From positions 1 through 32,285 of the forward strand of contig JBDNDK010000003.1 of assembly GCA_046719185.1 (NCBI GenBank): 32,285 nucleotides of DNA, written 5' to 3'. The stretch comes from Armatimonadota bacterium (GTDB taxonomy: Bacteria > Armatimonadota > UBA5829). Made by a program: the position numbers and the translations under genes. The notes beneath the pieces are model-generated. The model was not told where the DNA came from. It was given only the letters and a program-made list of their open reading frames with translations, and ran no database searches. Positions 1 to 8,450 of this stretch are shown here, piece after piece (position 1 is the first letter of the stretch; each line of letters begins with the position of its first letter).

Positions 1-704
1 TATGAGCCTAATGCATACAAAATCCATAAAAGCCAAAATCTGCTCTTTCCTAACATTTCTATCCAATTGATATCTTTTCCTAATGCTTTTGTAGGTCCTG
101 CTTTAGGAACATAGCCAGAAGGAACATAGTCTGCAGGAGGAAGTTTCATAAATTGTGATGCAACTATTGCAATGATTGTTATAGCAATACCATATATCTT
201 GAATGTGCCTAAAACACCTATTGATTCTTGTGCAATTAAATACTTTGCAAGAGGTGCCATAACAAATGTGCCAAATCCAAGAGCACTAACAACTATACCA
301 GCAATAAGACCTCTTCTATCTGGGAACCATTTAACAGCAGTTCCAATTGCAGCTCCATAGCTTGCACCACTGCCCAGAGACATTATTATACCAAAAGAGA
401 GATAAAGCCATATAAGTGAGTTGGTAAATCCAGCAAGAAAAATACCCAGTCCCATAAGAACTCCGCCAAAGCCAACTATGCTTTTAGGACTCTTTGTATC
501 TGCAATCTTACCACCAATCAAAACACCAATCGGAAGACAACCCAAATTCAAACTAAAAGCTAAAGCTACTTTTGTTGGATCTGCACCTAAAAGTTCAATC
601 AGAGGACCCCTAAAAACACTAAATGTATATGCACCACCAGAACAGAAAACAATTAAAACACCAGCAAAAACAACTATCCATCTCTTCAAATCTAAATTGC
701 TCAC
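1..704 (-). CDS. OFA (oxalate/formate antiporter)-family MFS transporter, 3' end runs off the window
   Basis: Not in the ORF track because there is no stop in the window. Manual minus-strand translation from GTG at 704 (GGGGTGA SD-like upstream) gives MSNLDLKRWIVVFAGVLIVFCSGGAYTFSVFRGPL...GGKIADTKSPK...KWFPDRRGLIAG...GFG, typical of OFA-family MFS N-terminal helices. Confidence 0.85.
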   Translation of the reverse strand, partial: MSNLDLKRWIVVFAGVLIVFCSGGAYTFSVFRGPLIELLGADPTKVALAFSLNLGCLPIGVLIGGKIADTKSPKSIVGFGGVLMGLGIFLAGFTNSLIWLYLSFGIIMSLGSGASYGAAIGTAVKWFPDRRGLIAGIVVSALGFGTFVMAPLAKYLIAQESIGVLGTFKIYGIAITIIAIVASQFMKLPPADYVPSGYVPKAGPTKALGKDINWIEMLGKSRFWLLWILYALGS

Positions 705-774
705 AGCTTCTCACCCCATAAATGTAATTTTTTTTACCTAATTAAGAGATACTTACAAACTACAACTTTTGCAC

Positions 775-806
775 AGTATGTATATAGATATATACTTATG
801 CATACT
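775..806. promoter_or_regulatory. Nested palindrome, candidate transcription-factor operator upstream of the MFS gene
   Basis: AGTATGTATA...TATGCATACT arms (9/10 complementary) overlapping an inner GTATATA-GA-TATATAC palindrome, about 70-100 bp upstream of the MFS start. Confidence 0.4.
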
Positions 807-975
807 TAAGATAATTTCCTCTTTATGTGTCATAATCAATACTATTTTGACATATTTCTTAAGTGAACATAATTATGCCATAATATATACAATAATACAA
901 TAGCATATTCTTAACAAGATATGATAATTCCTGCTTTTTGTTTCTGAGTATTTTAAAAGTTTGATAATTAGTATC

Positions 976-1012
976 AAATAAAAAAGTGCTGCAGAATCTT
1001 CTGCAACACTTT
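976..1012 (-). terminator. Intrinsic terminator after thuA-like gene
   Basis: Hairpin AAAGTGCTGCAGAA/TTCTGCAACACTTT followed by a U-tract on the minus strand, ~30 nt past the stop at 1041. Confidence 0.75.
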
Positions 1013-1040
1013 ATTATTTATTAAGATTAGTTAATATAAA

Positions 1041-1784
1041 TTAACCTTCCCATGGAGTAACATCTTCCAATGGTTCATAATGTCCATAGTAGTGATTAGG
1101 TGTATCTAATGGTGCAGCCCATTTCACTGCATTATAGATGACTTTCATTACTTCCTCTTGATAGAAGATAGGATATGTTTCATGTCCGGGTCTGAAATAG
1201 AATACTTTTCCTTTGCCTCTATGCCAACAGCAGCCGCTTCTAAAAACTTCCCCACCTTCAAACCAGCTAATAAATACCAATTCATCCGGCTGAGGAATAT
1301 CAAATCTCTCACCATACATCTCAGCATGAGGAATCTCAAAATATTCAGGAAGTCCTTCAGCTATTGGATGAGATGGATCTATAACCCATAATCTTTCCTT
1401 CTCACCAATTTCTCTCCATTTAAGATCACAAGTAGTTCCCATCAATCTTTTGAATATTTTTGAAAAATGACCGGAATGAAGAACAATTAGACCCATCCCC
1501 TGCAATACTCTTGCCTGCACTCTATCTACTGTTTCATCAAGAACATCTTTATGTGCAGTGTGTCCCCACCAAGTAAGAACATCAGTCTCATCAAGAACAC
1601 TCTGTGGAAGACCATTTTCAGGCTCATCAAGAGTGGCAGTTTTTACATCCAGCTCTGGATATTTCTTGAGATAGTCTGCAATCACTGCATGCATACCATT
1701 AGGATAAACCTCTCTTGGTTTGCCCTCAGGCTTTTGTTCATGTCTAAACTCATTCCATACTGTAACTTTAATTTTTTTACTCAT
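1041..1784 (-). CDS. thuA: ThuA-family (trehalose utilization, class I glutamine amidotransferase-like fold) protein
   Basis: Hallmark motifs [62 protein letters not shown]. Confidence 0.88.
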   Translation of the reverse strand: MSKKIKVTVWNEFRHEQKPEGKPREVYPNGMHAVIADYLKKYPELDVKTATLDEPENGLPQSVLDETDVLTWWGHTAHKDVLDETVDRVQARVLQGMGLIVLHSGHFSKIFKRLMGTTCDLKWREIGEKERLWVIDPSHPIAEGLPEYFEIPHAEMYGERFDIPQPDELVFISWFEGGEVFRSGCCWHRGKGKVFYFRPGHETYPIFYQEEVMKVIYNAVKWAAPLDTPNHYYGHYEPLEDVTPWEG

Positions 1785-1841
1785 AGCATACTCTCTTGAT
1801 TGTTATTGTATAAAATACAACAAAATTTATTTGCTGTTATT

Positions 1842-2732
1842 TTAACCTTTTTTATCAGGTCTTACAAGCAAAACTGAACAATTTATCTTTGCTATTACTT
1901 GCTGAACAGTATTACTCAGAATATAGCTTGATATACCTTCAGCTCTTGTATATCCCATTATCATCACATCAATATCTTCATCTCTTGCATATTTTACCAA
2001 AGCAATCCCAGGAGCACCATGAAGAACTTTTTTATTGTACACTGTTCCTTGCCAATCAATTTGAGATATTGCTTCATCCATTTTACTACTCACTTCAGCT
2101 GCTTCTTCTTTAATAAGCAATTCTCTGTAGTGCTCTCCAATTGTTCTTCCTAATTTGTCAGCAAGAAGAGTGGAATATGTGCTCACAATATCAATCTCAC
2201 AGTTTGTCAATTGAGATAACCTTTTTGATTGTTCAAGAAGCAATGTATTATCTCTATCAGTTGATATTGCTACAGCAACTTTTTTTATGTTTTCCCTTGG
2301 AAGATCATTCACTATCAAAAGCTTACAAGGAAAGCTTCTCATTAATTTATAAGTAGTAGAGCCATAATTAGCAACTTCATCACCCGTAATTCTTCCAGTG
2401 ATGCCAACAACTGTCAGAGTATCAGAATCACAGTCATTACTTAATATCTTTGCTGCATCTCCAATCTCAACAACTGCCTCTGATTTTTCATAATGCAATT
2501 CATTCTTTATATTATTAAGATGCTCCAGTGCCTGAGAAATTAGAGTCTGAATAATTTCGTCCTCACTAATTCCTAAAGCAGCAGCTTGGTGCTTTTTTGG
2601 TAAATGCTCAATAACTTTGATAAGCTTCAATAGTGCATCATTTTTCTCTGCCAGTATTTTTGCCATTTTCACAGCATTTAATGACTTCAAAGAAAAATCT
2701 ACACCAACAATCACTGTTTTTAAATCATTCAT
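1842..2732 (-). CDS. Tandem-domain universal stress protein
   Basis: IVGVDFSLKSLNA N-terminus, two USP repeats (GDAAKIL...VVG; GAPGIALVKYA..DIDVMIMG...SNTVQQVIAKINCSVLLV). Start placed at ATG 2732 (GAGAG SD); the ORF track starts at 2762. Confidence 0.85.
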   Translation of the reverse strand: MNDLKTVIVGVDFSLKSLNAVKMAKILAEKNDALLKLIKVIEHLPKKHQAAALGISEDEIIQTLISQALEHLNNIKNELHYEKSEAVVEIGDAAKILSNDCDSDTLTVVGITGRITGDEVANYGSTTYKLMRSFPCKLLIVNDLPRENIKKVAVAISTDRDNTLLLEQSKRLSQLTNCEIDIVSTYSTLLADKLGRTIGEHYRELLIKEEAAEVSSKMDEAISQIDWQGTVYNKKVLHGAPGIALVKYARDEDIDVMIMGYTRAEGISSYILSNTVQQVIAKINCSVLLVRPDKKG

Positions 2733-2792
2733 AATCAAACTCTCAAAAAAAGCTTCTACCATTCTCTGGCATAAGCTTAAATATACTCTATA

Positions 2793-5516
2793 TTAATATT
2801 CGTTCTTGTAGTTTCTACAGATGATTTTATGTATATCTGCTATGACAATAGTTGGCAAGCTAAGTATCAATATATGCCACCATATTTCCCAGCTGATTGG
2901 AGCAGTACCAAACATAATATTCATAGGCTTCAAATATGTAAATGCTAATTGGAACAATGTTACTGCAAATGTACCAATCCATACATAAGGATTAGTGAAC
3001 AATCCAACTTTGATAAAATTAGCAGTAAGTGATCTAGCACTAAACAAATAGAACAACTCAACAAAAACAATTGCAGCTACAGCAGCAGTTCTTGCCTCTT
3101 CAATAGAAACTTTCTTTATTTCATATTCATAATAGAATATAGCAAAACCAACAATCACCATCCAAATACCTATCAAGAGTATTCTTTCAATAACTGCTCT
3201 AGAAAGCATAGGTGCATTTGGATCTCTTGGAGGTTTGTTCATAAGACCTTTTTCAATAGGTTCAAAAGCAAGTGAAAGTGAAAGGGTAACTGTTGTAACG
3301 GTGTTAATCCACAAGATTTGGATTGCAGTAACAGGTAATGTAAGACCAGCAAGAAGTGCTGAAATAATCACCAACCCTTCACCAGCATTTGTAGGCAAGA
3401 TATAAGCAAGAGTTTTAATTAAGTTGTTATATACACTTCTACCCTCTTCAACAGCAGCCTGAATACTTGCAAAGTTATCATCAGTAAGCACCATATCTGA
3501 TGCATCTTTAGCTACCTCAGAACCAACTTTACCCATAGCTACACCAATATCAGCAGCCTTTAATGCCGGTGCATCATTTACACCATCACCAGTCATAGCA
3601 ATAACTTTATCTCTCTTTTGAAGAGCAGTTACAAGATCAAACTTTTGTTCTGGAGAAACTCTAGCAAATACTGTTGCATTATTAGCAACTTCCTCAAATT
3701 CTTCTTTGCTTAGTTTGCTCAGCTCAGCACCAGTGATAGATCCATTTTCTTTCATCTCAAGACCAAGGTCTCTTGCAATGGCTCTTGCAGTGGTTATGTG
3801 GTCTCCGGTAATCATTTTCACTTCAATACCGGCTTTTTTACATATCTTAATTGCTTCAATAGCCTCTGGTCTTGCTGGGTCACTCATAGCCTGAATGCCA
3901 AGATATACAAGATCATACATATCTTTTTCATCAATAGTCTCAGTGTTACTATCAACTTCTTTCATTGCAAATGCAAGAACTCTATATCCCTGTCTTGCAA
4001 AATCATCTGCCCTATCCAAAGCATGTTGTTTATCTAATTCACCTAGATTATCCCCAAACATTTGGCAACTAGACATACTCAGAAGCTTTTCAAGTGAACC
4101 TTTAACATATATAACTTTCTTGCCTTCTGGTGTTTGGTTGAGAGTTGCCATATACATATGTTCAGACTCAAAAGGTATGACATCTAATCTAGGATACTCT
4201 TCCTTAATAGTTTTAGGATCAATACCTGCCTTTATTGCAGATGTAACAAGTGCTGATTCTGTAGGATCACCAACAGCTCTCCAAATATCTTCTTCTTCCA
4301 TTTTGATATCTGAATCATTACACAAAACACCACATATCATACACTCCAGAAATGCCCTGTCATGAAGAGATTCATCATCATGCTCAACAGCCCTAACCTC
4401 TGAATTTCTAGGATCATATCCAATTCCAGAAAACTCATAGTTTATAGCACCTGCATATACTTGCTTTACAGTCATTTCATTAGCAGTTAGAGTTCCTGTC
4501 TTATCAGAACAAATAACGCTTACACTTCCAAGAGTTTCTACAGAAGGCAGTTTTCTGATAATTGCATGCCTTGCAGCCATCCTCCTTACACCAACTGCAA
4601 GAATAATAGTAATAATTGCAGGCAAACCTTCAGGTATCATTGCTACTGCAATTGCAACAGCAGCAGCAAACATCTCACTTGGATCATTGCCCATTAATAT
4701 AGAAATCACAAATACAATTGAAGTAACTATAAGAATGGCAAATGACAGCATTTTGCCAAACTTTACAAGCTTCTTTGTCAGTGGAGTAGCAATTTCAGGA
4801 GCACTGTCAATAAGCTTTGATATATAACCCAGCTGAGTATCATCACCAGTTGCAATTGCAATCCCTGCCCCTGAACCCCTTGCAATCAAAGTACCAGAAA
4901 AACTCATACAATGCTGTTCTGATATAGGATCTTCTGCATGCACTGTTCTTGTAGATTTTGTAACAGGTGCAGATTCTCCTGTAAGAATTGACTCATCAAT
5001 ATGTAAATTCTTTACTTCAAAAAGTCTGATATCAGCAGGAGTTTTGTCCCCGCTGTTTATGATTACAATATCACCAGGAACCACTTCCTCTGAAGATATT
5101 GTAATTTTTTCTCCATCTCTTATAACAGTGGCACTTGCAGTAAGCATTTTATCTAAAGATGCAATTGCACTTTCTGCCTTGCCTTCTTGAATAAAACCAA
5201 TTATAGCATTGATTATAACAACAGCCATAATAACACCAAAGTCTATCATATCTCCTTTGATGAGCTTTATAACAGCTGCTATTATAAGGATAAAAACCAA
5301 TGGATCAGTAAACTGATGCATCAACATCTGAAGAGCTGTTTTTCCTTTTCTTCTGGTAACTACATTAGGACCATACTCTTCAAGTCTTCTTTTTGCTTCT
5401 TCTGTTGTCAAACCATTTACAATATCTGTCTTCTGCAATTCTTGGACTTCATTTATCTCCAATGAATGCCAAAAAATTGTCTCTTTCTTTACTTCCGATT
5501 CAGGTATATTTTTCAT
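2793..5516 (-). CDS. Cation-transporting P-type ATPase (P2A, Ca2+-type/CtpF-like)
   Basis: TGES, IPEGLP, phosphorylation motif CSDKTGTLT, MITGDH, TGDGVNDAPAL, multiple TM segments; GGAG SD upstream. Confidence 0.95.
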   Translation of the reverse strand: MKNIPESEVKKETIFWHSLEINEVQELQKTDIVNGLTTEEAKRRLEEYGPNVVTRRKGKTALQMLMHQFTDPLVFILIIAAVIKLIKGDMIDFGVIMAVVIINAIIGFIQEGKAESAIASLDKMLTASATVIRDGEKITISSEEVVPGDIVIINSGDKTPADIRLFEVKNLHIDESILTGESAPVTKSTRTVHAEDPISEQHCMSFSGTLIARGSGAGIAIATGDDTQLGYISKLIDSAPEIATPLTKKLVKFGKMLSFAILIVTSIVFVISILMGNDPSEMFAAAVAIAVAMIPEGLPAIITIILAVGVRRMAARHAIIRKLPSVETLGSVSVICSDKTGTLTANEMTVKQVYAGAINYEFSGIGYDPRNSEVRAVEHDDESLHDRAFLECMICGVLCNDSDIKMEEEDIWRAVGDPTESALVTSAIKAGIDPKTIKEEYPRLDVIPFESEHMYMATLNQTPEGKKVIYVKGSLEKLLSMSSCQMFGDNLGELDKQHALDRADDFARQGYRVLAFAMKEVDSNTETIDEKDMYDLVYLGIQAMSDPARPEAIEAIKICKKAGIEVKMITGDHITTARAIARDLGLEMKENGSITGAELSKLSKEEFEEVANNATVFARVSPEQKFDLVTALQKRDKVIAMTGDGVNDAPALKAADIGVAMGKVGSEVAKDASDMVLTDDNFASIQAAVEEGRSVYNNLIKTLAYILPTNAGEGLVIISALLAGLTLPVTAIQILWINTVTTVTLSLSLAFEPIEKGLMNKPPRDPNAPMLSRAVIERILLIGIWMVIVGFAIFYYEYEIKKVSIEEARTAAVAAIVFVELFYLFSARSLTANFIKVGLFTNPYVWIGTFAVTLFQLAFTYLKPMNIMFGTAPISWEIWWHILILSLPTIVIADIHKIICRNYKNEY

Positions 5517-5684
5517 CTATACTCCCTTTTTTTAATATTCTTCTGAAACTATGTAAATTAATATATGGTATCGTACTAGTCAATATCTTATAAATAAAAA
5601 TTACAAACAAGAAAAAAATTATATCATCAGTTGCACAAATACCCATATTTTAGGTTCAAAGAAACCTTATATTTACATAAGATA

Positions 5685-7496
5685 CTATTCTCTGATAAAT
5701 GGTAACCACACTTTCATATGTGTGGCACCTCTATTTGCCCAAGCAAAATATGGAATAAGCTTTACAGACACTTTAGTGTATTTATGATTTTTGAAACCAC
5801 CCTTTGGTGCATAAATTGGTGTGTTTTCATTTTCAACATCCAATCTCAATCCTTCACCAGTTATTGCCAACAATTCATTCATTATTGAATCATCTTGGGA
5901 AGTAGCTAAATCATATTCACCTAATGAAAGATTTAGTATACTTGAATCTGGATTATCAATCCCTTCAGCACAATACACAACAGGACCTCTTTGTACAGCC
6001 ACACAGCCATAGTTTTCTATTAATCTTGGGTCAGATTCCATCAACTCAATTGGCATTTCTAGAATAAGTTCTACAACATCACCAGATTTCCAGAGCCTTG
6101 ATATTTTGATTATATTATTTTCAACTAGAACTTTTTTTTCTTCACAATTCACTTTCAGATAGTAAGATCTGCACCACTCAGGTTTTCTAAGATTAATAGA
6201 AAACTTTTTATCTTCTGAAAGATTTATACTAATTGAAACTTTACCATCCCATGGGTATTTTGTATCAAGATTTATTCTCAAATCTACACCATCATTAAAA
6301 GTATGCTCTGCTATTGACGGCACATATAAATTAACCCAAAAATCACTTTCACCAGCAGAATAGATATAGCCGGGGATACTGGCAAGAGTTCTCACCATAT
6401 TTGTAGGACAACAAGTGCAGCCAAACCACTCACTTCTTAAGTAGTGACCATAATTCAAAAGAGGATTTTGGTAGAAATAGCTTCTCCCATCAAGAGAAAC
6501 ACCTGATATGACACCATTATATAAAGCTCTCTCCAATTCATCATAATATCTACCATCTTGGAATAAATGGAAAAGCCTATAATTAAACATCATAGATGCA
6601 ATTGAAGCACATGTTTCAGCATAAGATCTATTAGGCAATTCATATGGATGACCTATTGCTTCATTATCATATCTTGCACCCACTCCACCAGTTATATACA
6701 TTTTTTTGCATGTAAGATCTGCCCATAATTTTTCAATGGTGTTTTTATAGTTTTCATCACCAGATTCGCAGAAATAATCAGCACCGCCGCAGTTTAGATA
6801 TAGTGCTCTTACTGCATGGCTAGTTATTTCTTTAATATTTACATAATCAAACTGCTCAAGAAAGAATTTTGATAATTCAAGATAGACTTTTTTGCATGTA
6901 GTTCTGTAAAGCTCTATTAAAGCCATTTCAATTTCGGGGTGACCATCTTTATCAACTAATTTATCATATCCAAAGACAGAGCAAAGATAGTCTGCAAATC
7001 TTAAAGCACAATTCAAAAGCTTATCTCTTCCTGTTACTCTATAATGTGCAATTGCTGCTTGAAACAAATGCCCAGCACAATATAACTCATGCTCTAAAGC
7101 AAGATTTCTAAATCTCTGATCTTTAGATAACTCTTGAAAGAAAGTATTAATATAGCCATCTTCAGCTTGAGCAGCAACTATTTCATCTATAATTTCTTCT
7201 AAAGTATCTTCCAGTTCTTTATCTTTATATGTTGCAAGACACCAAGCAGCACCTTCCATCCATTTGTATATATCAGAGTCTCTGAAATATGGACCTCTGT
7301 TTTCAACCTTTTTTCTACCTGATATTCTTGAAAAATTATCTACAATCCCATGGTCCTTTAAGTGTTGCAAAAGTAAAGGAATTCCAACTTGATGGTTTAG
7401 ATCCATTTTTTGTTTCCACATTCCGCCAGTTACTTTCACCTTGTCTATAGGTAGTGGATTTATCTTATATGATTCACTTCTAATAATATTACTCAT
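5685..7496 (-). CDS. Glycoside hydrolase family 127 (beta-L-arabinofuranosidase, HypBA1-like)
   Basis: DSDIYKWMEG, HELYCAGH, GHPEIEMAL, HAVRALY, YAETCAS, CTCCPTN (Zn/Cys catalytic site), YFAWANRG. Start at ATG 7496 with GGAG SD and promoter directly upstream; the ORF track extends to 7580. Confidence 0.92.
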   Translation of the reverse strand: MSNIIRSESYKINPLPIDKVKVTGGMWKQKMDLNHQVGIPLLLQHLKDHGIVDNFSRISGRKKVENRGPYFRDSDIYKWMEGAAWCLATYKDKELEDTLEEIIDEIVAAQAEDGYINTFFQELSKDQRFRNLALEHELYCAGHLFQAAIAHYRVTGRDKLLNCALRFADYLCSVFGYDKLVDKDGHPEIEMALIELYRTTCKKVYLELSKFFLEQFDYVNIKEITSHAVRALYLNCGGADYFCESGDENYKNTIEKLWADLTCKKMYITGGVGARYDNEAIGHPYELPNRSYAETCASIASMMFNYRLFHLFQDGRYYDELERALYNGVISGVSLDGRSYFYQNPLLNYGHYLRSEWFGCTCCPTNMVRTLASIPGYIYSAGESDFWVNLYVPSIAEHTFNDGVDLRINLDTKYPWDGKVSISINLSEDKKFSINLRKPEWCRSYYLKVNCEEKKVLVENNIIKISRLWKSGDVVELILEMPIELMESDPRLIENYGCVAVQRGPVVYCAEGIDNPDSSILNLSLGEYDLATSQDDSIMNELLAITGEGLRLDVENENTPIYAPKGGFKNHKYTKVSVKLIPYFAWANRGATHMKVWLPFIRE

Positions 7497-7526
7497 TTTG
7501 ATTCTCCAAAATTTATCAGTTGGGAT

Positions 7527-7555
7527 ATTATCACAAGATGAGCATTCTAAGTCAA
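7527..7555 (-). promoter_or_regulatory. sigma70-type promoter of the GH127 gene
   Basis: Minus strand TTGACT-17 nt-GATAAT with TGn extended -10, ~30 nt upstream of ATG 7496. Confidence 0.6.
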
Positions 7556-7562
7556 TAAACAT

Positions 7563-7596
7563 AAAAAAATAGTGCATCAAAAAACAGATGCACTAT
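7563..7596 (-). terminator. Orphan intrinsic terminator in a divergent intergenic region
   Basis: Perfect 10-bp stem ATAGTGCATC/GATGCACTAT with 8-nt loop and a U-run on the minus strand; no minus-strand ORF upstream. Confidence 0.6.
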
Positions 7597-7869
7597 CAAG
7601 TTAAGTAAAAATTTGAGTGTGGTATAACAATTATATATAAGATTTCTTACATCTTTACTACCATAAAATTAAAGATAAACATAATATTTCAAAATGCTAT
7701 TAAAGGCAAGCATTGCTTAAAATTATCGTCTATTAGAAATAGTAAAGCAATTTTGAACCTATAAATGTGATATTTATCAATATAATGGGCATTATAGTAT
7801 ATAATGATAAACTATCTATGCATTGATATGCAACAAATTATAGTTTTTTTATAGAAATGGAGGCTAACT

Positions 7870-8307
7870 ATGAATAAAAGAATTGTAGCATTGTTTGTTG
7901 TGTTTGTATTGTTTGTTGCAATTATCACAACATCTACTGTAAATGCTATCAGGCTAGGTGATGTCATAAAGGTTGGTGGTATTGCAATCATTGTGAAGCA
8001 ATTTGGTCCTCAGATTGATGACTTTATCAACAAAATTACAGGACAAAAAAATCTAGGCACAAAATATGACACAAAGGTTGTCCCTATTATGAGTTTAGGT
8101 GATGGTGGATATGTAGGTGCAGCACAAGTTGCAGGTCCAAAAGCTGAAGTTGAAAAAACAAAAGCTGTTCTTCAACTTGAAGACAGAAAAGTATTTGGCT
8201 CACCTCTTAGAATAAGAGCATTAATTCCAGTTGATGCTGAATCTATAAGTAATGTAAAAAGAGTTGATGGTGTTGGTGTAAGTGCTCTAATTGATCTTAG
8301 AATCTAG
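7870..8307 (+). CDS. Small secreted hypothetical protein
   Basis: GGAGG SD, Sec signal peptide (MNKR + hydrophobic + VNA), 145 aa, host-like codon usage. Confidence 0.8.
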   Translation: MNKRIVALFVVFVLFVAIITTSTVNAIRLGDVIKVGGIAIIVKQFGPQIDDFINKITGQKNLGTKYDTKVVPIMSLGDGGYVGAAQVAGPKAEVEKTKAVLQLEDRKVFGSPLRIRALIPVDAESISNVKRVDGVGVSALIDLRI

Positions 8308-8334
8308 TCAACTAATAATTGAATAATATTTCAG

Positions 8335-8449
8335 AAGGCTGTTTTACTTTATATCACTCTGAACGCAGTGAAAAGTCCTTTTTAGAAATTAAATATAAGA
8401 TACTAAAAATTTTCACTTCTACTAAGAATGACAAAATATAAACAGCCTT
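8335..8449. mobile_element. Degenerate MITE-like/REP-like palindromic element
   Basis: Terminal inverted repeat AAGGCTGTTT/AAACAGCCTT. The interior ATCACTCTGAACGCAGTGAA...AAGAATGACA resembles the element at 23913-24090. Lies between convergent genes. Confidence 0.55.
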
Positions 8450-8450
8450 T

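Noticed and set aside
172-741. Plus-strand ORFs 172..360 and 421..741
   Set aside because: Antisense shadows of the minus-strand MFS gene.
3706-4365. Plus-strand ORFs up to 156 aa inside the P-type ATPase
   Set aside because: Antisense shadows with no SD or recognisable motifs; the same applies to the other short ORFs nested opposite long genes.
7497-7596. Riboswitch/attenuator for GH127, and the ORF-track N-terminal extension to 7580
   Set aside because: A good promoter and SD lie downstream of the hairpin, no aptamer motif was recognised, and the extension runs through the promoter.
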